This document shows, piece by piece, positions 13,799-25,480 of a DNA stretch of 64,000 bases. The stretch spans positions 3,170,954 to 3,234,953 of the forward strand of contig CM120644.1 in the NCBI GenBank assembly GCA_051362555.1, read 5' to 3'. The notes beneath the pieces are model-generated. The model ran no database searches, had not been told where the DNA came from, and saw only the letters and a list, made by a program, of their open reading frames with translations. Made by a program: the position numbers and the translations under genes. This DNA comes from Lingula anatina (Eukaryota; Animalia; Brachiopoda). The first letter of the stretch is position 1. Each line of letters begins with the position of its first letter.

Positions 13799-14089
13799 TG
13801 GCTCCCCTAAATTGTGAAAGCAATTTACACAATATACACCGTTTACCTTATCATTACGTATAAAAAATATTTGCTCGGAAATTATTAAGAATTACCGTAC
13901 CTTAAACACTTTTAAGGAACATCAAAACTTACTGTTAATTACCGTATTAAAACATAAAATACTTTGCAATCCCATAAACACAAATAGCTCGACATGTAAC
14001 TGTCTTTAGAAAACAAAAGTGTTCATTAAATCTACACAAACTGTAGCATAGAATCATAACAAAACTGACATTATTGTCACAGTTAACAG

Positions 14090-17000
14090 TTATTTTGGCT
14101 CCTCGACAGGGTCTTCTCCGGTCAACAAAAGAATTAACTTGTGCACTGGTCTCTCATATGTAGAGTCCCTAACTTTCAACTTGACCTTACGCACATATCC
14201 ATCTGCACTTTGAAAGGTTTCTGCTATGCGACCAAGTGGCCACTGATTTCTTGGTGCACTGTCATCTATCATGAGAACAATATCTCCAACTTGTACATCT
14301 TTATGTTGTTTGATCCACTTTTTTCTTTCTTGTAATGTAGGAAGAAATTCCTTTCTCCACCTGCTCCAAAATTCATTGGCTAGATATTGAACATGTCGCC
14401 ATCTTCGATGAAGATATGTGTCTTTCCTTATGAAATTCCCAGGTGGTGGCATCACGACCTTAGTTTTCAGGGTCAGGAGCTGATTTGGAGACAAAGGCAT
14501 TGGAGAATCTGGTGACTGTGTATCAATGTAGGTCAAAGGTCTACTGTTAACTATGGCTTCTGCCTCAGCTAACAATGTGGACAAGGAATCATCATCTAAA
14601 CGGTCACTGTGAGCTGTGAGAAGTCCTGATAAAGCATTTCTGGCTGATCTGATCATCCTTTCCCACACGCCTCCCATATGTGAAGCATGAGGAACATTCA
14701 TTTCAAACTGAATCCAGTCACAATGGTCTTTCAGAAGTTCTCTCCTGATCTTGTCCTGATCCATATCCATAAAGGCAGTTTCTTGCTCTCCCTTAACTCC
14801 AATGAAATTGGTTCCACGGTCTGCTCTGAGTAGACGTACTGGTCCACGCCTGCATACAAAGCGTCTGTAGCAGTTAATGAAAGAATCTGTGCTGAGTGAA
14901 TATGCAACTTCTATATGAATAGCACGTGATGCTAAACATGTAAACAAAGCACCATATCTCTTCATCTGCTTTCTTCCCTCCTTCACATAGAATGGTCCAA
15001 AGAAATCTACTGCACTGTAGGTGAATGGAGGTGCTGGTTCCAGTCTGTCAGCTGGAAGATCTGACATTTTCTGACTCTGTGAGTTTGCTCGTAGCTTACG
15101 ACAGGTCACACATTTCCATATATATGATCCAATCTTGGCACGGCCAGAAATTATCCAATAGCCACTAGCTTGGACTTCATTAAGAGTAATGCCACTTCCT
15201 GAATGTCCGCATCGTGTATGATAGTGGTCAATTATGAGATTTGTGACGTGATGATGCTTAGGCAGAATCACTGGGTGTGTAAGCTCTCTGGGTAGATTTG
15301 CCCTCTTTATACGACCACCTACTCTGAGTAGTCCATCTTCACATAAAAATGGGTCTAGGCGGTATAGTGAACTGGTTTTCTTGATTTGTTTGTTGCGATA
15401 TCTTGCCTGTTTTCTCTCTGTGTGTTCACTGTTATCTTCTCTGTTAATTGCTTTCAGTATTGCAATTTCCTTCTCAAATGTAGCAGTCTGTGTTGACTTG
15501 AGAATGATCTTTTCTGCCACTTGTATTTCTTGAACATTCAACGGTTCATTGCTGGTCTCAACTGTGTTCTGCTGTGTAGATTTCCTGTTCTTAGCTTGTT
15601 TCAGCTTCTGTATGAATCGTAAACACCACGTAACAACTCGTGTTGCTCTGTTCCAGGAAGAAAACCTTTTCAATACATCAGACAAGTGATCATGGTTGGT
15701 TTCTACTTTAGTAGCAAATACACTGACTTCAGATTTGCGTACTTCTGGGTCATCTGGTGCTAGTCTGAATTGGGTATTAGTGGTAGATGGTGGTTCATCA
15801 ATGAGCAGAAAGTCTGGCCCACTCCACCACTGTTCATTCTGTAGTAGCTCTGTCACACCTGTTCCCCTGGAGGCTATATCAGCTGGGTTGTCACTGGACT
15901 TAACATGCCTCCATTGCGATGGCTGACTGACTTCTCTAATTTGTTGTATTCTATTTGCTACAAAGACATGAAATCTCTTAGCATCATTATTGACATACCC
16001 TAGAACAACTTTGCTGTCAGTCCAATACACATGGGTGATGTCCTCATACTCTAACTCCTTGGCAAGAAAGGTCCCCACCTTTATAGACATCACTGCTGCT
16101 GACAACTCTAGGCGTGGGACTGTCACTGGTTTAGAGGGAGCTACCTTGGACTTGCCCATAACTAATGTGGTTGCTATTCTTCCTGTGTTGCTTTTAAGTC
16201 TCAAGTAACTGCACTGACCTAGGCCTTCTACACTGGCATCTGAGAAGTGATGAAGTTCTGCAGTAGTCACTTCACCAAAATCATTTGGCTTATAGCACCG
16301 TGGTATATTCAACTTGGTTAAGTTCAGCAAATCTGAGCGCCATCTTTCCCATCTGCATCTAATACTCTCTGGCACTTGATCATCCCACTCTGCACCGTCT
16401 CTGCATAGCTCTTGGAGAATTTTCTTACCGGCAAGGATGAATGGTGAGACAAGGCCTAAAGGGTCAAATATGGAACTTACAGTGGAGAGAATTCCCCTTC
16501 TTGTTAATGGCTTATCATTGATCTGGACCTTAAACTGAAAACTGTCCGCTTCTACACACCACTGTACTCCTAAAGCTGGGCATATTGGCATTGTGTCTCT
16601 GTTAAGGTCAATGTTTCTCATTTCTTTGGCTCTCTCTGACATTGGGATTGTATTCATCACTTCACGGTTGTTTGATACTAGCTTGTGAAGTCTTAGGTTA
16701 CCTTTGTTCAGCAGCTCTCTTGTTTCTCTAACAAGACGTATAGCTTCTTCACTTGACTCGATGCTCTTGAGTCCATCGTCTACATAGAAGTCATTCTTAA
16801 GAAAGGCAATGACGTCTGGTGAATACTCATCTTGGTAGTCCTCTGCTAGTTTCCTCAGTCCATACAATGCGCATGCTGGTGAACTTATCGCTCCAAATAT
16901 ATGAGACGTCATTCTGTATGTGATGGGATTACTACTGAGGTCACCGTCTTTCCACCATAGGAACTGTAAAAACTTTCTATCCTCTTCTTTCACTTTAAAC

Positions 17001-19237
17001 CTGTGAAACATGTTCTCCATGTCACCCATGATTGCTACTGGCTGCTCTCTAAACCTCAATAAAACACCTATGAGCGAGTTATTCTGATCAGGTCCTTTCA
17101 ACAGGCAGTCGTTTAGCGCAACATTTTCATGTTTTGCACTGGCATCAAACACCACTCGTAATTTCTCACGTTTCTTGGGGTGATATACACCATGATGTGG
17201 TAAGTACCAACCTCCATCTTCATGAGGTGATTCTTCTGCATAGCATTTATCTATGAGGTCCTGCATAAAACTGTTATAGTGCTCATAATACTTCGGGTTG
17301 TGGATTAGCCTTTTCCTTAGCTGCTCTAGCCTGATCTCAGCTGCTGGTTTGTTGTTTGGCAATGCTGGATGTCCATCTTTAAATGGTAGTGGCATCTCAT
17401 AAAAACCCTCATTGAAATGTATGCCTTCCTCCATAATCTTCATGAACTTCTGGTCTTGAAGGCTTAACTTCTCATCTTTCTGTTGGTCGAAACCTTGGTC
17501 AAAGAGACTGCAAACCTCAGCGGGGCTGATCTCTGTCACTTGTGTTCTAAAGGCAAAGGCATGTGTTCCAAAGCTCTTGTTCTCATCTATGGGTCTTGAT
17601 TTGTCCACTGGCCCTACTATACCCCAACCTAGGTTACATCTGTATGCATATGGCTCCTCTCCTCTACCATGTATGTACTCCAGACCTCTAATGGCTTTCA
17701 TACAGTTTACTCCCAACAGCAGTCCTACCTCTATGTCTGGGCGATAAGGAGTAATCTTATCAGCAATTGAGTGCAAGTGTGGCCATTTCTTAGCAGTTTC
17801 TGGTCTGGGTATCTGTGATCGCTTAACTGGAATGGAGTCTCTGGAGTATGTATCTGGGAGCTCAATCAATGTCTCTTGGTTCAGACCTCTCACAACAAGT
17901 CCTCTAACTTTCCTGCTCGGGACGGTTTTTTCTCCAAGTATGGTTGAAAGTCTGATGTCTACATGCTTCCCTTTACATTCGAGTTCACTGAGGGTCGAGG
18001 ACTTTACAAAGCAGGCATCTGACTGCTCGTCTAGTACTGCATATACCACTGAATAAACGTCTGGATTATCCTCGTGGTGCACTACAACTGGCACTATCAT
18101 GGAATGCACATTCTCAGAACTGTGGGTGGTATGGCATACAGCTGCACCCACTACTTTACTAGTGTAATTGTCATCATGTAGAATTGTTGGATGATAAGAG
18201 TTACATTTTTGGCATTTCATTTTACTTCTGCATTCATGTTTTCTGTGACCATATGCAAGGCACCCAAAACATAACCCATTATTCTTTATAATGCTGATTC
18301 TTTCATCCATTGTCTTTTCTTGCATTTCTGGGCAATGGTGAAGTTTATGTTGTTCCTTGCATAATATACACTTGTGAATGTGTCTTTCGTTGCTGGATGC
18401 AGAGGTACTAGACAGTACTGTTTGTGCTGGAACTCTTCTCCTTGGTGCTGGTATAGGTCTCTCTGGTGGCGGTGGAACCTTTCCAAAAATGGGGTCAGCC
18501 AATTTTCGTGCTTCTTTCTGCACAAAATCGACGAAAACCTGAAAGGTTATCTTCTGTCCCCTTTCCTTCCTTTCATATACTATGCTTCTCCATTTATCAT
18601 GCAATTTGAGCGGCAGCTTCGTCATTAGCCTCTTAAGGTTATCGGGATACTCGAGGACTGGAATGGCATCTATTTCTTTTACTGCATATTCACATTCCCT
18701 TAAAAATATGCCGTATTTGTCTAATGCGACATAATCATCATGCTTTATCACTGGCCACTGTTTGGCACGATTTATATACGATGTCGCAATCTGTTCTTGG
18801 TCCCCATACCTTCTCTCAAATTCCTTCCATGTGGCCTTGAAACCAATGGATGCATCTAAGTGAGCGAATCCTAGCGTAATTTCATGAGGCTCACCTCTGG
18901 TGTATTGCAGTAGATAGTTCAGTTTTTCATCGTCAGAGTCGCATGTTTCTATGATTCTACTTTTGAACTGTCTCTTAAACAGCACATATTTGATCGGGTC
19001 ACCTTCAAATACTTGAATCTGAATTCTTGGTTTACTGAGTTCCTTTGCTATCGTAGTTTGCTCACACAAAGTGAGTGGGGCACAAGATGTTAGTGCATTT
19101 TTGGGCGTAGATGTCTTTTTTATATTTGACTTTGTGAAATTAAAATGCTTTTCCAACTCACACATGGTTTGGTCTATATCCGACTCTACCCTTTTCAGTT
19201 CTGCTTGCAGCAGTAACATTTCCGCTTGTGTTGCCAT
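14090..19237 (-). CDS. BEL/Pao Gag-Pol polyprotein (1715 aa)
   Basis: DUF1759-like Gag (FEGDP), three Zn knuckles (CILCKEQHKLHHC, CFGCLAYGHRKHEC, CQKCNSYHPTILH), protease (VLDEQSDACF), RT (YLPHHGV, KLRVVFDAS, FYVDDG), Pao RNase H (HFSDAS, VPRLEL, DNPADIASRG), integrase (HHCC, VDFFGP, GGVWERMI) and C-terminal WPLGRI/RPVHKL. Order PR-RT-RH-IN. Confidence 0.97.
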   Translation of the reverse strand: MATQAEMLLLQAELKRVESDIDQTMCELEKHFNFTKSNIKKTSTPKNALTSCAPLTLCEQTTIAKELSKPRIQIQVFEGDPIKYVLFKRQFKSRIIETCDSDDEKLNYLLQYTRGEPHEITLGFAHLDASIGFKATWKEFERRYGDQEQIATSYINRAKQWPVIKHDDYVALDKYGIFLRECEYAVKEIDAIPVLEYPDNLKRLMTKLPLKLHDKWRSIVYERKERGQKITFQVFVDFVQKEARKLADPIFGKVPPPPERPIPAPRRRVPAQTVLSSTSASSNERHIHKCILCKEQHKLHHCPEMQEKTMDERISIIKNNGLCFGCLAYGHRKHECRSKMKCQKCNSYHPTILHDDNYTSKVVGAAVCHTTHSSENVHSMIVPVVVHHEDNPDVYSVVYAVLDEQSDACFVKSSTLSELECKGKHVDIRLSTILGEKTVPSRKVRGLVVRGLNQETLIELPDTYSRDSIPVKRSQIPRPETAKKWPHLHSIADKITPYRPDIEVGLLLGVNCMKAIRGLEYIHGRGEEPYAYRCNLGWGIVGPVDKSRPIDENKSFGTHAFAFRTQVTEISPAEVCSLFDQGFDQQKDEKLSLQDQKFMKIMEEGIHFNEGFYEMPLPFKDGHPALPNNKPAAEIRLEQLRKRLIHNPKYYEHYNSFMQDLIDKCYAEESPHEDGGWYLPHHGVYHPKKREKLRVVFDASAKHENVALNDCLLKGPDQNNSLIGVLLRFREQPVAIMGDMENMFHRFKVKEEDRKFLQFLWWKDGDLSSNPITYRMTSHIFGAISSPACALYGLRKLAEDYQDEYSPDVIAFLKNDFYVDDGLKSIESSEEAIRLVRETRELLNKGNLRLHKLVSNNREVMNTIPMSERAKEMRNIDLNRDTMPICPALGVQWCVEADSFQFKVQINDKPLTRRGILSTVSSIFDPLGLVSPFILAGKKILQELCRDGAEWDDQVPESIRCRWERWRSDLLNLTKLNIPRCYKPNDFGEVTTAELHHFSDASVEGLGQCSYLRLKSNTGRIATTLVMGKSKVAPSKPVTVPRLELSAAVMSIKVGTFLAKELEYEDITHVYWTDSKVVLGYVNNDAKRFHVFVANRIQQIREVSQPSQWRHVKSSDNPADIASRGTGVTELLQNEQWWSGPDFLLIDEPPSTTNTQFRLAPDDPEVRKSEVSVFATKVETNHDHLSDVLKRFSSWNRATRVVTWCLRFIQKLKQAKNRKSTQQNTVETSNEPLNVQEIQVAEKIILKSTQTATFEKEIAILKAINREDNSEHTERKQARYRNKQIKKTSSLYRLDPFLCEDGLLRVGGRIKRANLPRELTHPVILPKHHHVTNLIIDHYHTRCGHSGSGITLNEVQASGYWIISGRAKIGSYIWKCVTCRKLRANSQSQKMSDLPADRLEPAPPFTYSAVDFFGPFYVKEGRKQMKRYGALFTCLASRAIHIEVAYSLSTDSFINCYRRFVCRRGPVRLLRADRGTNFIGVKGEQETAFMDMDQDKIRRELLKDHCDWIQFEMNVPHASHMGGVWERMIRSARNALSGLLTAHSDRLDDDSLSTLLAEAEAIVNSRPLTYIDTQSPDSPMPLSPNQLLTLKTKVVMPPPGNFIRKDTYLHRRWRHVQYLANEFWSRWRKEFLPTLQERKKWIKQHKDVQVGDIVLMIDDSAPRNQWPLGRIAETFQSADGYVRKVKLKVRDSTYERPVHKLILLLTGEDPVEEPK

Positions 19238-19323
19238 CTTTTCTAAATACTATGCTGATCGTCTTTCACTAAATCGTCGCTCAGTTTCTATTATCTTTCA
19301 CTAAATCGTCGCTGAGTTTCTAC

Positions 19324-19643
19324 TGTTACGAATAAGCAAACTTCTTTAGTCTTTTTCACATCTATTTTATTTGCTTGTCATTGAAATTGTCACGTAGAAA
19401 CTGAAATGAACAAAATACATCAAATTAAGAAATTATCCTTAAATTATGTTACAATTACAACTTATAAAGTTCTTATTAACTGTTTAAATTACTAAATGAT
19501 TCATAAAGTCTTACCTCATTGCGGGAATTAGTGACTTTTAATGATCAGAACATAACTAACTATAAGCGCGTGCTCTAGTCAAAAAAGTAAAACGCTATCT
19601 CCACCGATGTGCATAACAGCTAAGACGGGCCAAAACCTTAACA
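19324..19643 (-). repeat. 5' LTR of the BEL/Pao element, with a putative 114-nt intron (19514->19401) and an AATAAA (19371->19366)
   Basis: Minus strand reads GAG|GTAAGA ... TCTTAAT (branch-like) ... TTTTGTTCATTTCAG|TTTCTAC, then AATAAA; a TATA-like motif lies at 19564->19561. Confidence 0.95.
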
Positions 19644-21336
19644 GGGATATACTGAAAAAGTCTGATGTTTTTATTCACAGGGTGTGACAACTTAAAAAGC
19701 CAGTGATGTACATGTATCTCTTGTATAGATCTCCCTAGTATGGTAATAAGCACCATTGCTTTCCTTTCTTCAAAAACATGGTTATGTCATCGAATTATTT
19801 GTAAATTGTATGCCCTCACTTTCGTTTTGCGATCTCATTGAAAGCACCATTGTATTTATTGAAGAGAATTTAATTATATGTAATGTTAATCTTGGTAGTT
19901 AGGCCCATTTAGACTGTTTGCAATGCGCATTTCCGTTTTGTCTGTGCTGGAAATTACAGCTGGCATTAACTCAAAAATTTATAGTTTTTCTGTGCCATAT
20001 TTTATTATTATTATAAATGTGATGTAGTGTGCCACGGACTTGATGAAGGTGATGTTACTGTGTGATCTCAATTGCACGATTTTAAGAAGAACCTTCTTCC
20101 GGTAATGAATTATGATCAATGCATCAGTAATCTTATCTGTTTGTTCCTCCTGCATAATGGAATTAAGTAAATAAATGATAATGACATTTTTATCTCGAAA
20201 AGTACAGCTCCGTTTCTCATTTGTACATGTGCCACTGTCATGTGAGATATAAATATGGCGTCAATATTCAACGCTTTTATTTTATTTTATCCCATGAAGA
20301 TCTCGGTGAATGCATTGTCATGCAAAGGAGAATTACAAATAATGCTTTTTCCAGCAACAAAATAATAAAATGTAATAAAACGGACGGCACATTGTAGAAA
20401 TGTATTATAGTTTCAGAGCATTTCCATTTCCTCAACTGCCCTTGCCTCTGGGGTATAATTAATTACATATTTCTCGATCTTATCTGTGCAAATACTTACT
20501 CAGTTGACAGCATGCCAACATATTGTATTTTTTACTTCATGAAACGCGTGGCTACGAAACAGCTATGTTTTTCTTCAACTCAAAAACCAAGCACCCTACT
20601 GTTCGCACGCCCCAGTGCTGGGGTAGAGATTTAGTCAGTTTTAAAGGAACAAAGGAACATCGCCTTTCCGGCAGAAAGGTGGTACCTCATACGTGATACT
20701 GAACTTCACCATAGATTTGAGTCCAGATTTTACGTAAGGATCCCCCCCTCCCCCCAAAAAAAAAATTAAATAAAAAAAATTTACTCCTGGCTGTGAGTAA
20801 AAGCACATATGTGATAGAACACAGGGCGAGTATGGTTAATATATATTCTTTTGTTTGTTCGCCAATTGTTAATGGCCAAAACAGGTGTCTTGCCAGCTGA
20901 GGATGAGTAATACGTGGATCGTACTAATGTACAAGAGAATACAACACACGTACAGGTAAGCTTTGTTGTACTCTTTGTCCTGTCCATATCTTATTGCATG
21001 ATAAAGTGTCTTTTTTTAAATGACCTTGTACCATGATAGCAGTATATGAGGTTAAAATAGTCACAAATATATATATATATATATAATCAGATAATACAGT
21101 GTTTCGCGCATGCTTTATCACTCAGCGTTTAAATACCTATACTATGCACAATGATACGTACATATACCAATATTACAGGTAATTATCGTGGCAGAACTGC
21201 GATGTTGGGCCTAATTCACTGATTTTTCGAAACAGTATGAAAGCGACTTGCAGGTAAACAGCGCCGTTTTAAAGACCTATAACCCGAGAGGGTTCGAATC
21301 TGAGTCTGGACGTCTGGTAGTTGAGCGTGTATGTAA

Positions 21337-21515
21337 GCATCACAACAGCGGACTAGCAAGTTCACGGATCAAATATGGCCGACCCATGTGAATACTTGTC
21401 GCATAATCCCCTCGGGAATCTATTCAGTGTTTATTAGGAGATTAGACGACAAGCTTTTAAGTCTGTCGCCATATTTGATCCGCGGACTAGTTAGTGAGCT
21501 GATTTGAATGAAGCC
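21337..21515. mobile_element. ~180-bp MITE (family A), ~90 bp upstream of the signal-peptide exon
   Basis: Long imperfect TIRs (CAGCGGACTAG..CGGATCAAATATGG / CCATATTTGATCCGCGGACTAG); homologous to 28296-28479 and 52317-52493. Confidence 0.8.
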
Positions 21516-21605
21516 TAAGTGAGACATCGAGAAGACTGCAATGAAAGTTCTATTTTCGTCCTTTTGACATCAAATTTGATCAAATAGATTATTCTCTTTT
21601 CAGAC

Positions 21606-24600
21606 ATGACAGTGTTGTACACGCTAGCCGTTTTGTGGTTGATATCATTTTTACTAGGTGTAGGTAAGAAAATTAGGACATAGAATGATTTTATATATAA
21701 TGGAGCATTGCTCATCATCCTCTGACTGTGAAAACTGAAAGGGAAAATGGACTTTCAAGGAATTTATGTTTATTGATAACCAACAATTCGTATTTGTTAA
21801 CATAAACGTGTCAGTAACATTAGTAGTGATAGAGCCAAGGTCACTTATTTAATCAAATCTAAACCAGGGACCGGTTTAATAGAAAAAAATGATAAAACTT
21901 TAGACATAAAGAGGGTAGTCTATTTTTTCACCCACGATAAATCGATATTTTTTAAAAATCTAAATGATGTGTTATAAAAAAAAGATATTGCTAATGTTGT
22001 AGACCTACCTTTATATTGTTTTCTTTTAGTAAAGTTCTTTGCTAATTTATTTATTTAATTCATGGACAAAATTATCTTAAAATTCATTCAATTTTACCAA
22101 CTTGCGGTCTATGAATAGTTCTATGAATTCGTGTCCTATTAACAATATAAACAATAACACACGACTCCCTCCCACAGTGTCCCAGGATTTACACGTCCAC
22201 TTGGAACCTGACCGGAACACATTTTACGTCAACATCGGAGACGATTTTGAGGTGACGTGTGCGCTGGACAGTGGTTCCCTGAATGGCGGGACGACATTTC
22301 AGTGGTACCGGGATGACGGGACAATACCAGGCAAGGAGATCACGGACACCGCTTTGCCTGTCGACACGTAAGTGTGTTCAGTGTGCCCTAGTGATGATTG
22401 TCTGAGTACCCAGACAGTAGAGAACCGTGCCCTCTACAAGGTCCACAGATTGATCTTTCGCTAGATGTTTGCCGATACCTACTTTGCCTCTGGCTAATTC
22501 ATGACACGATTATTTGCGGTGGAGAAAGGTGTCCACAATTAACCTGCGGCCCTGGTAGAGGGCACATGTAAGAAAAACCCCTGGTGACATTTGCCCGAGT
22601 AAGTCAAGTCCTTGGTTCAGTGAAATTTGCAACTGACCTTTTTTTTCAATTTTCCATCTGTCATAGCTTTGGGTAATATTATTCACTAATCAAGTTGGTA
22701 AATACACTTTGAATCAATTGTTTCTTCAGGCACTTCTTAAAATATTCTATTAAAAAATTCGATTTTTTTAAATGCCCTTGCAAAAATTCAATTATTGGAC
22801 ATTTACTTTTGTTATGTATCCACCACATGACCTCTTGCAGCCAATCAGGCCAGGTGGTAGAACACAGTTCAGGACCGCCTCCTGAGTCGAAACTGAAGTT
22901 TTATCAGGTACAGAGCAGCGATTTTGGGAGATTTAAGTGTATAGGATCGTTCAATGGGACAACCTCAGACCCAGTCGTTTTCTCATTGGAGATAAAAGGT
23001 AAGTTGCGCGCCGTTTTAGAAATCACACCTATAACGCATTGTGACGACTCCAACGTATTCCGTATAATATAACTACAAGTACTGGATAAGGAAGCTGTGC
23101 ATGACGTCATGAGCAGCAACTCAACCCGACTGGTCAACGAAAAATGCCCAATTGTTGAGAAAAAATTTGCAATCCTACCAGAAATTGCGAGCTGGAATTT
23201 CGCCAATATGAACTCTTCCAGTTATACCACGCTCCTTTATGCGTATACTCTCTTGATCTAATGTAATTTTTGTGATAATTGAAGGGCTGAAATCACCAGT
23301 GTGAATAATGCTCAATATGAAAAAAAAAATGATTTAAAAAAATTAATAATCCGAAAAAGGACGTTAATTTAAATTTCCCAAAATATAGCTTCACGTAAAT
23401 ATCAACCAAAACATGTGGTTTAGGGTTTATATCATTGTTTTTGTTTATATTCATTTTGATTATATTCATATAAGATGTCTCGGTACAGTATCTTTCCAAT
23501 GTTTTCCAAAATTTTTTCTAGAATCTGTTTGCCCCCCCCCCCCAAAAAAAAAAGACCATAAAATGCATATTAAACAAAAAGTTATTTACAAGTAACCAAT
23601 AACAAAATGGTTTATGGTAATCTTATTTCAAGTTGTCAGAAAGTCCTAATACCAGCATGCATATAAAAAGAAAGTTCTTTATATGGAAAAATGACTTTTT
23701 TACCATAATGCCATAAAAAAGACCAAATGTTGACTCATTAGTTTTTTCCCATCGAAGAGCGAGGGCGGTTCGTTCGAACCTCAGGAACTACCTTCCCTGC
23801 GTCCCGTTACAATACCAACTCCACCTTACTTCCAGAACCAATCGCTTTCACTGACGCCGAGTCCACACAGACAGTGACTTTACACCAGGAGGCGCTAGTG
23901 AAATGCCAGGCGACAGGACGACCCGCACCCAAGATTACCTGGAGTTTTGTCCCTCTGGGGACAGATACCAGGGAATCTGATATCACGGCGAATCAAGGTT
24001 TGTATGGCTTCAATTTAACGAGTTTAGTTTACCGAGACATCTCTTTCTCTCTCGAATCGTACTTGAACAACCTTTTTTCCTTTTTCCTTTTTTCTTTAAC
24101 CCTTTTTTTATTTTTTGCAATCATTCAATATCTATAATTTCTGAGCGATACAATAAACGACCAAGGAAGATGGCGACGTAGGTTATGTACATTTCGAGCA
24201 TGCAGTATAAATAACATCAGGACAGCCCTCTACAATATGTGAGCTAGAAACCATGTTGTGTGGATAGAGTACTCCCTAAATATCTGATATATTAAAGGCA
24301 CACTTCATGAGATTTACCCGCCAAAATGGATTTTCCAGGGGAAACAACCAATTTTCTCGTACTCACGAATTATTATTTTTTGGTCCATCTGCACTTTGAT
24401 TCGACCTTGAAGAAATCATTTTCAAGTTGTATGTAAGGTTTTATAAGAAGCTTTGGTTTTATAAGCATTTTTGGGGATTATCAAGCCCATAGAGTGTACC
24501 TTTAAACCACTTTCTTTCAGCTGAGTTTTACTCAGCAACTCACGAGGGCCTCGTCATCAAGAATGTCACCCTGAGTAACGAAGGCACGTTTGTGTGTGAG

Positions 24601-25420
24601 GCAGAGTCACTGAATTCCACGCTCAGTCTAAATATTTCGGTGGAAGTTTTTGGTAAGTGTTAATGTTGAATTTGGAAATATTATATGATAGATAGATAGA
24701 TCATAGGTAGATGGATTGGTGTTATCCATTATTGCTACGTGTATTTCCAGACAATACAACAAAAAAGACAACTTTAAGCACTGGAAAATATAATTTTGTT
24801 TTTCCTTTACATTGATGATATAACTAGCATATGCTTCATGAAGGCGTTTGCCATTCTTCAGAGTATTTCATTCTTCTATTTGAATATGTAAGTGTAAATG
24901 TGACGTTCAATGGCGCCACAGACTTTTGAAAAGAAATTACGGTTTGAAAATTCCCTTTTTGTTAATAACGACAACAAATGAATAATTTTTAAATAAAACG
25001 CCCCAACTATTTAACTAGTTTAAATTTCTTCATTCTGTTATTCATTGTCAAAATCCCTTTCAGTTGTTTTTCTTTCATTATTTGTTTTTCGTTAATTAAT
25101 GTATCTGTTTTATTTTTTGTTATATGTATTTTTTTGTTATATGTACTTTTATTAATTTATTTTGGTTGGGGGACACAAATGTCAGTGAACAAGCTGCTAT
25201 ATATATATTATTTTCCACCTGGCATAGGCCATACTATTTAGGACCCGTGTTTTCGTTCTTTCCAGAACCCCTGAGCTGGGTGACAGTGCCTGAGGACATT
25301 GAAGGGTACCTTAACCACTCCATAGCGTTCATCTGTGTGGCTCAAAGCAAACCAGACCCGCAGTATAAGTGGTTTAAGGTAAATCAGAATTACATCTGAA
25401 CCACATTGGAGGATGAAGGG

Positions 25421-25480
<60 letters not shown>

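Larger units (their letters stand above)
13479..19643 (-). mobile_element. Full-length BEL/Pao LTR retrotransposon
   Basis: Two 320-bp TG...CA LTRs (13479-13798, 19324-19643); 5-bp TSD GGGAT (13474-13478, 19644-19648); purine-rich PPT (minus TTTAGGGGAGCCA) abutting the 3' LTR at 13799-13811; single intact gag-pol ORF. Confidence 0.98.

Noticed and set aside
13799-13815. TGGCTCCCC after the left LTR as a tRNA PBS of a plus-strand element
   Set aside because: The ORF is on the minus strand, so this is the reverse complement of the polypurine tract next to the 3' LTR.
13812-14089. env-like gene in the retrotransposon
   Set aside because: Only ~280 nt of AT-rich sequence lie between the pol stop and the PPT.
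21285-21305. GGTTCGAATC B-box as a tRNA gene (also at ~40549)
   Set aside because: No cloverleaf or properly spaced A box visible; at most SINE remnants.
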